From IMG/VR virus record IMGVR_UViG_3300045988_017120, positions 1 through 6,033 of that record: 6,033 nt of DNA, one strand, 5' to 3'. The first letter of the stretch is position 1; each line of letters starts with the position of its first letter. The notes beneath the pieces are model-generated. The model ran no database searches and was not told the DNA's origin. It saw only the letters and a list, made by a program, of their open reading frames with translations. The position numbers were made by a program, and so were the translations under genes. Below are positions 1-3,975 of this stretch, piece after piece. Source of the DNA: a virus.

Positions 1-55
1 AGTTCTACTGAGAATACGTCTATGCTTACTTCTGTTCCCAATGTTTCTCAACAGA
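1..55. repeat. Left copy of an exact 55-nt terminal direct repeat. It is an overlap produced by linearising a circular genome.
   Basis: agttctactgagaatacgtctatgcttacttctgttcccaatgtttctcaacaga at 1-55 is identical base for base to 5979-6033. The capsid reading frame is continuous across the junction. Confidence 0.97.
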
Positions 56-1431
56 CTCTCAGTGTGTTTCTTCAGACGGCTAACGCTGGAGACAAGCCTA
101 ATACTCGTGATGATGCTGGACTGCCTATTGTTTATGGTTCTTGTAAGTTGCTTGATATGCTTGGTTACGGTTCTATGATTGCGTCTACCAATACTGGTAA
201 GGCTGCTATTACTAAAAAATATCTAGGTGTTGATAATCTTGGTGATGCTGATAATCCTCTGGTTTATGCTTCTTCTCAGATTGTCAATGCTCTTCCGTTC
301 CTTGCTTATCAGAAAATCTATTATGATTTCTTTAGCAATACTCAATGGGAAAAACATTTAGCTTATGCTTATAATGTTGACTATTGGTCTGGCTCTGGCC
401 AAATCTCATTAGTTACGGATATGGTTAAGCTTCGTTATGCTAACTATCCTAAGGATTATTTTATGGGAATGCTTCCTAATTCTCAGTACGGTTCTGTAGC
501 TGTTTTACCGGCTAGATATGGTACTGGTTCTTATTCTTCGAGCGATTTAATTGCGTTTAATGCCTCTGGAAATCAAGGTGTGTTTAATTTACCTGCGGGT
601 AAGACTTCCCCGATTACTGGTGCTCTTGATACTACTCGCGCTGTTGCTCTTAACTCTGATCTTTCCGCCCTCTCAATCCGTGCGACTGAGTATCTTCAGC
701 GCTGGAAAGAAGTAGTCCAATTCTCTAGCAAAGATTATTCTGACCAGATGGCCGCTCAATTCGGTATCAAAGCTCCCGAATACATGGGTAATCATGCACA
801 TTATATTGGAGGCTGGTCTAGTGTTGTTAATATTAATGAAGTAGTTAATACTAATCTTGATACTGATTCTTCTCAAGCCTCTATTGCTGGTAAAGGTGTT
901 TCTAGTAATTCTGGACATACTATTACTTATGATTGTGGTGCTGAACATCAAGTGATTATGTGTGTTTATCATGCTGTACCTATGTTAGATTGGAATTTGA
1001 CAGGCCAAGCTCCTCAATTGACTGTGACTGCTATAACTGATTTCCCGCAACCTGCTTTTGACCAGCTTGGTATGCAGGCCGTTCCTGCCCTTAATCTTCA
1101 GAACAATCCCGGACGTGATGTTTCCGGTTCTCTTGGTTATAATCTTCGTTACTGGCAATGGAAATCTAATATTGATACCGTCCATGCTGGATTCCGTGCT
1201 GGTGCTGCTTATCAGTCTTGGTCTGCTCCTCTTGACGGTTGGCAAGTGTTGACTTCCGCTGGTGCTTGGTCTTATCAGTCTATGAAGGTTCGTCCTCAAC
1301 AGTTGAACTCTATATTTGTTCCTCAAGTTGATGCTACTAATTGCTCTGTTGCATTTGACCAGTTGCTTTGTAATGTTAATTTCCAAGTATATGCAGTTCA
1401 GAACTTGGATAGAAATGGTTTACCTTATTAA
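1..1431 (+). CDS. VP1: Major capsid protein, 3' part. This is a continuation of 5673-5978. The ATG at 22 is an internal Met, not the start.
   Basis: The frame is open from base 1 (agt tct act gag = SSTE, the same residues that end the 5673 ORF). Stop is TAA at 1429-1431. The size, strong T-ending codon bias and aromatic/Gly/Asn-rich jelly-roll-like composition are typical of microvirus capsid proteins. Confidence 0.93.
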   Translation, partial: SSTENTSMLTSVPNVSQQTLSVFLQTANAGDKPNTRDDAGLPIVYGSCKLLDMLGYGSMIASTNTGKAAITKKYLGVDNLGDADNPLVYASSQIVNALPFLAYQKIYYDFFSNTQWEKHLAYAYNVDYWSGSGQISLVTDMVKLRYANYPKDYFMGMLPNSQYGSVAVLPARYGTGSYSSSDLIAFNASGNQGVFNLPAGKTSPITGALDTTRAVALNSDLSALSIRATEYLQRWKEVVQFSSKDYSDQMAAQFGIKAPEYMGNHAHYIGGWSSVVNINEVVNTNLDTDSSQASIAGKGVSSNSGHTITYDCGAEHQVIMCVYHAVPMLDWNLTGQAPQLTVTAITDFPQPAFDQLGMQAVPALNLQNNPGRDVSGSLGYNLRYWQWKSNIDTVHAGFRAGAAYQSWSAPLDGWQVLTSAGAWSYQSMKVRPQQLNSIFVPQVDATNCSVAFDQLLCNVNFQVYAVQNLDRNGLPY

Positions 1432-1443
1432 TTTTGTGCTGTT

Positions 1444-1887
1444 ATGAGAAGTTTTGCTTATAAAAATCCCGATTATATTAAAAATGAGGTTGTTCCTGAA
1501 TTGATTGAAGATAATCCGTGTTATCAACAATCTGTATATGATACAGTTATGTATGATGAGACTCCCGATGGTGATTTGATTCAAGCTGATATGACGCAGA
1601 TTTTATTGAATCAAGAAAAATATCGTCGTTTGCTTGGTGATATGAATGTTCAGAACATTCTTGCCCAAATGCATCCTACTCAGTCTACTGTTATGGACGG
1701 TATGACTGATGAGGAGCGCTTTAATTGTGTTATTTCCCGGCATTGCCAGACTATGTCTGAAAGACAAGCTGTTTTACAGCAATTGTCTAGTGAGAAGTCA
1801 GAATTAACTAAGTATGCCGAGACTATGTTGGCAGAGCAACAGTCAGCGCCCGATGAGTCGTCCGCCCCTGACGCTACTGCTCAATGA
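1444..1887 (+). CDS. 147-aa acidic hypothetical protein. It may be an internal scaffolding (VP3-like) protein.
   Basis: The ORF has the same T-ending codon bias as its neighbours. It starts 12 nt after the capsid stop, and its stop overlaps the next start (ATGA at 1884-1887). The Asp/Glu/Gln-rich composition and ~150-aa size, sitting beside the capsid gene, resemble gokushovirus VP3. I recognise no specific motif, so the function is only a guess. Confidence 0.6.
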   Translation: MRSFAYKNPDYIKNEVVPELIEDNPCYQQSVYDTVMYDETPDGDLIQADMTQILLNQEKYRRLLGDMNVQNILAQMHPTQSTVMDGMTDEERFNCVISRHCQTMSERQAVLQQLSSEKSELTKYAETMLAEQQSAPDESSAPDATAQ

Positions 1888-2999
1888 GGTTCTATGATAT
1901 TGGAGAAAGTCCCTTAATGGGACACTCCGAAAAGCATATTGCTCCGCTTGTTCTTGGTGGTATCATTGCCGCCGGTGCTTCTCTTGCTGGCAATGTTATT
2001 GGCTCTTCTTCGCAAAATAAGGCTAATCAGACCAATATTGATATTAATCGCGAGAATAATGCGTTTAATGCTGAGCAGGCACAGATTCAGCGTGATTGGC
2101 AAGAGAAAATGTGGGGAATGAGTAATTCTTACAATTCCCCCAATGCAATGATTTCTCGCGGTCTTAATCCATTTGTCCAAGGCTCTGCTGCTATGGCTGG
2201 CTCTAAGTCTCCTGCTTCAGGTGGCGCCGCTGCTTCTGCTGCTCCTCCTCCTAGCGTTCAGGCTTTTCGCCCCGACTTTTCTGACGTTGGTACTGCATTG
2301 GCTTCTATGGCTCAAGCTCGTGCGTCAATGATTAATGCTGAACAGAACGCTGCTCTTACGCCGTATAAGATTGAACAGATTCGTGGCGCTACTGATTATC
2401 GTAATATCGGTGTCGGTGAATCAGGTTACTGGAATAAATCTACTGGTAGAGAATCCGCATTATTGGACCAATCCAAAGAGTATCAGGAACTTAAAAATAT
2501 GGAATTTGCCGGTCGCCTTACTCAGGCACAAGAAGCACAGATCCTTTTGGATTCAGAAGCTCAACAGGTATTGAATAAGTACCTCGACGAGCAACAACAG
2601 GCTGATTTGTTTATTAAAGGCCAAACTTTAGCTAATTTGTATGCCCAAGGTTCTCTTACTGAGGCTCAATATAAAGCTGAGATGGCTAAAGCTGTTAAAT
2701 TGTCTGTTGAGACTAATGGTCTTAAGATTCAGAACAGGATAGCTGAAGAAACCGCTGATTCTCTTATATATGCGAATATTCAGGCCAACCGTGCCCAAGG
2801 TTTGTCTTCACTATGGGATTCGAAGAATACGAATGTTCTTAAGAATATGGAATATTCTAAAGAAAAAGCTGTTCGTGACTATTATAAGTGGAGTGCTAAG
2901 CACAAACAGAAAGATGTTAATTCTTATGAGCTGCGTAACGCCCTTGAATATAGTACCCGTGTTTTCCAAGGTGTTGGTAATAGTATAGGTCGTATATGA
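1884..2999 (+). CDS. VP2: Minor capsid / DNA pilot protein (VP2, H-like).
   Basis: It has an N-terminal hydrophobic Gly/Ala segment (IAPLVLGGIIAAGASLAGNVIGS). This is followed by ...AEQAQIQRDWQEKMWGMSNSYNSPNAMISRGLNPFV, which resembles the conserved ...Q..M...T..QR...D...AGLNP motif of gokushovirus-type VP2 as I recall it. Next come an Ala/Ser/Pro-rich linker and a long Gln/Ala/Glu/Lys-rich stretch that is probably coiled coil. The start is ATGA-coupled to the upstream ORF. Confidence 0.8.
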   Translation: MRFYDIGESPLMGHSEKHIAPLVLGGIIAAGASLAGNVIGSSSQNKANQTNIDINRENNAFNAEQAQIQRDWQEKMWGMSNSYNSPNAMISRGLNPFVQGSAAMAGSKSPASGGAAASAAPPPSVQAFRPDFSDVGTALASMAQARASMINAEQNAALTPYKIEQIRGATDYRNIGVGESGYWNKSTGRESALLDQSKEYQELKNMEFAGRLTQAQEAQILLDSEAQQVLNKYLDEQQQADLFIKGQTLANLYAQGSLTEAQYKAEMAKAVKLSVETNGLKIQNRIAEETADSLIYANIQANRAQGLSSLWDSKNTNVLKNMEYSKEKAVRDYYKWSAKHKQKDVNSYELRNALEYSTRVFQGVGNSIGRI

Positions 3000-3076
3000 C
3001 ATACTTCAGGACTAGAAGCCTATCGCGGCGTTTGAGCGATATACACCCGCCGCCCGCGGAGGGCCTGGTCGAAAAA

Positions 3077-3122
3077 CGGAGCGGAGCGACTTCCTTAGAG
3101 AAGCGTTCCGCTTCGGTATTTT
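3077..3122 (+). terminator. Candidate intrinsic terminator closing the structural-gene transcript.
   Basis: The hairpin has 16 pairs. Segment 3077-3088 (cggagcggagcg) pairs with 3104-3115 (cgttccgcttcg), including two G-T wobbles. A3089 is bulged. Segment 3090-3093 (cttc) pairs with 3100-3103 (gaag), leaving the 6-nt loop cttaga. The tail is g-tatttt (four T at 3119-3122). The U-tract is short, so the call is tentative. The same hairpin could instead act in ssDNA. Confidence 0.4.
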
Positions 3123-3213
3123 AGCACGTAGGTGCGCAAAGGCAAGACAGTTCCTGCCTTGCCGTGTCTATACACCTCTGTATACATCTACTTGTTAATT
3201 AAGCGGAGCCCCT

Positions 3214-3282
3214 AGTTGTGTACGAAGTAAAATCGAGTTATCCTCTCGATTTCTCCTTTCTCTCGTCCATAAACGCACAACT
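3214..3282 (+). other. Nested stem-loop domain.
   Basis: The inner stem is a perfect 8 bp: aaatcgag (3230-3237) pairs with ctcgattt (3245-3252), with loop ttatcct. The outer stem pairs agttgtg (3214-3220) plus cg (3223-3224) with cg (3274-3275) plus cacaact (3276-3282), with a 2-nt ta bulge. Confidence 0.45.
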
Positions 3283-3319
3283 CACACTCTATTGTAGAAT
3301 CTAAAAAAAACGTTTTTCT

Positions 3320-3350
3320 TTTGGTTTAATAAAAATAGTTTGTATATTTG
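3320..3350 (+). promoter_or_regulatory. Bacteroidota-type sigma-A promoter (-33 TTTG, -7 TAnnTTTG).
   Basis: TTTG lies at 3320-3323 and TATATTTG at 3343-3350, separated by 19 nt. This fits the published Bacteroides -33/-7 consensus and its 19-21 nt spacing as I recall them. The site sits in the very AT-rich part of the only long intergenic region, about 50 nt upstream of the first ATG (3401). Confidence 0.5.
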
Positions 3351-3400
3351 CTCCCAGTTAGAAGTTACAACTGTTATTAACATTTTAAAATTTTACAATT

Positions 3401-3595
3401 ATGCAGAAATTTATTATTTCAGTTAAAGAAAAAACTACTGGCCGTGATGTTATTTCGCCTTATGTCGTTAATTCTCTCGATGGTCTTGGAAACTATTCTG
3501 AGCGAGTTTCTTCGTTGGGTCTTCTTGTTATTGTGGATTCAATTAAGGAAGAAAATGATTTTGTTGAACTTAAAACTCAAGCTGATGAAAAGTAA
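3401..3595 (+). CDS. 64-aa hypothetical protein, the first gene after the promoter.
   Basis: The ORF shows the genome-typical T-ending codon bias (ttt att att tca gtt ... ggt ctt ctt gtt att). It follows the promoter directly. I recognise no motif. Confidence 0.6.
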   Translation: MQKFIISVKEKTTGRDVISPYVVNSLDGLGNYSERVSSLGLLVIVDSIKEENDFVELKTQADEK

Positions 3596-3668
3596 TAATA
3601 TTTGGAAAATTGTGATTGGAGCTGTTTCTGCCGCTTTAGGTTATATTCTTAATGCTATTGGTTTATGA
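3585..3668 (+). CDS. 27-aa single-pass transmembrane peptide (MKSNNIWKIVIGAVSAALGYILNAIGL). It may be a holin-like or membrane-targeting lysis partner.
   Basis: The ATG at 3585 overlaps the end of the 64-aa ORF. The stop TGA (3666-3668) overlaps the peptidase start in an ATGA. This is the only open frame covering the otherwise unexplained 3596-3664 gap, and that stretch has T-ending codon bias. The peptide has a polar, charged N-terminus followed by about 19 hydrophobic residues. The start is uncertain because the frame is open back to 3444. Confidence 0.45.
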   Translation: MKSNNIWKIVIGAVSAALGYILNAIGL

Positions 3669-3973
3669 ATGATGTTCTTATGGAGTTTCTTGGTTATCTG
3701 TTATATTCTAACTTGCATTTTTCTATAACAAGTGCCAAGCGTTCTATTGCTGAAAATGAGGCTGCTGGTGGTGTTCCAAATTCTCAGCATTTGTTTGGAG
3801 AGGCTATTGATATGAAGCCTTATGGTTCTACTTCTTATAATCGGTTGCTTGAGCATATCCATAGTTATTCGGATCATTTTCATGTATTCGATCAATTGAT
3901 ATTATATCCTACATTTATTCATGTTTCATTTGGTAATCGTAATCGTCGCCAAGTGATTGACAAGCGTAAATAA
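3665..3973 (+). CDS. Zn-dependent peptidoglycan peptidase, M15 family (Peptidase_M15_3 / YcbK-like). This is the putative endolysin.
   Basis: ITSAKRSIAENEAAGGVPNSQHLFGEAID matches the family core S.yR....N...gG...S.H..G.A.D, with His42 and Asp49 as predicted Zn ligands. LILYPTFIHVSF matches the C-terminal ..Y....vHvD block, with His86 as the third ligand. There is no signal peptide and no wall-binding domain. The call rests on remembered motifs, not on an HMM run. Confidence 0.78.
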   Translation: MNDVLMEFLGYLLYSNLHFSITSAKRSIAENEAAGGVPNSQHLFGEAIDMKPYGSTSYNRLLEHIHSYSDHFHVFDQLILYPTFIHVSFGNRNRRQVIDKRK

Positions 3974-3975
3974 TT

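Larger units (their letters stand above)
3001..3300 (+). other. GC-rich, structure-dense non-coding island. Candidate functions are complementary-strand origin, structured RNA or attachment region; the true function is unknown.
   Basis: There is no ORF of 60 aa or more on either strand. By hand count, 3001-3180 is about 56% GC (101/180), against about 40% in a sampled coding line and about 20% in 3301-3400. The island contains several stable hairpins and four copies of CGGAG; see findings. Confidence 0.6.

Noticed and set aside
22-24. ATG at 22 as the start of the 469-aa ORF given in the track.
   Set aside because: The frame is open from base 1 and continues, in phase, the ORF that starts at 5673 on the circular molecule. 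Met at 22 is internal to the capsid protein.
1-55. The terminal 55-nt direct repeat read as a biological terminal repeat, LTR or att duplication.
   Set aside because: It lies inside the capsid coding sequence and restores one continuous reading frame when the copies are merged. That is the expected signature of a circular contig written linearly.
1311-1436. Extra TAnnTTTG -7-like motifs at 1311-1318 and 1429-1436, plus another at 5484-5491, considered as internal promoters.
   Set aside because: None has a TTTG -33 element 19-21 nt upstream. The one at 1429 overlaps the capsid stop only 8 nt before the next ATG. The motif is expected by chance in T-rich sequence.
3187-3203. TTAATTAA palindrome and the nearby tatac/gtata inverted repeat (3170-3185), considered as a Rep-binding or XerD-like site.
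   Set aside because: The stems are only 5-8 nt and AT-rich, with no flanking conservation I can assess. They cannot be told apart from chance in AT-rich sequence.
3306-3317. Perfect 12-nt palindrome AAAAACGTTTTT, considered as a terminator or operator.
   Set aside because: It cannot form a hairpin because it has no loop, and it consists almost entirely of A/T homopolymers. It is more likely part of the AT-rich UP-like region of the promoter. There is no supporting second site.
3001-3400. A tRNA, CRISPR repeat or other known RNA gene in the non-coding region.
   Set aside because: There is no cloverleaf-compatible arrangement and no T-loop GTTCRANYC box. No regularly spaced direct repeats occur. 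The hairpins do not match any RNA family I can recognise by eye.
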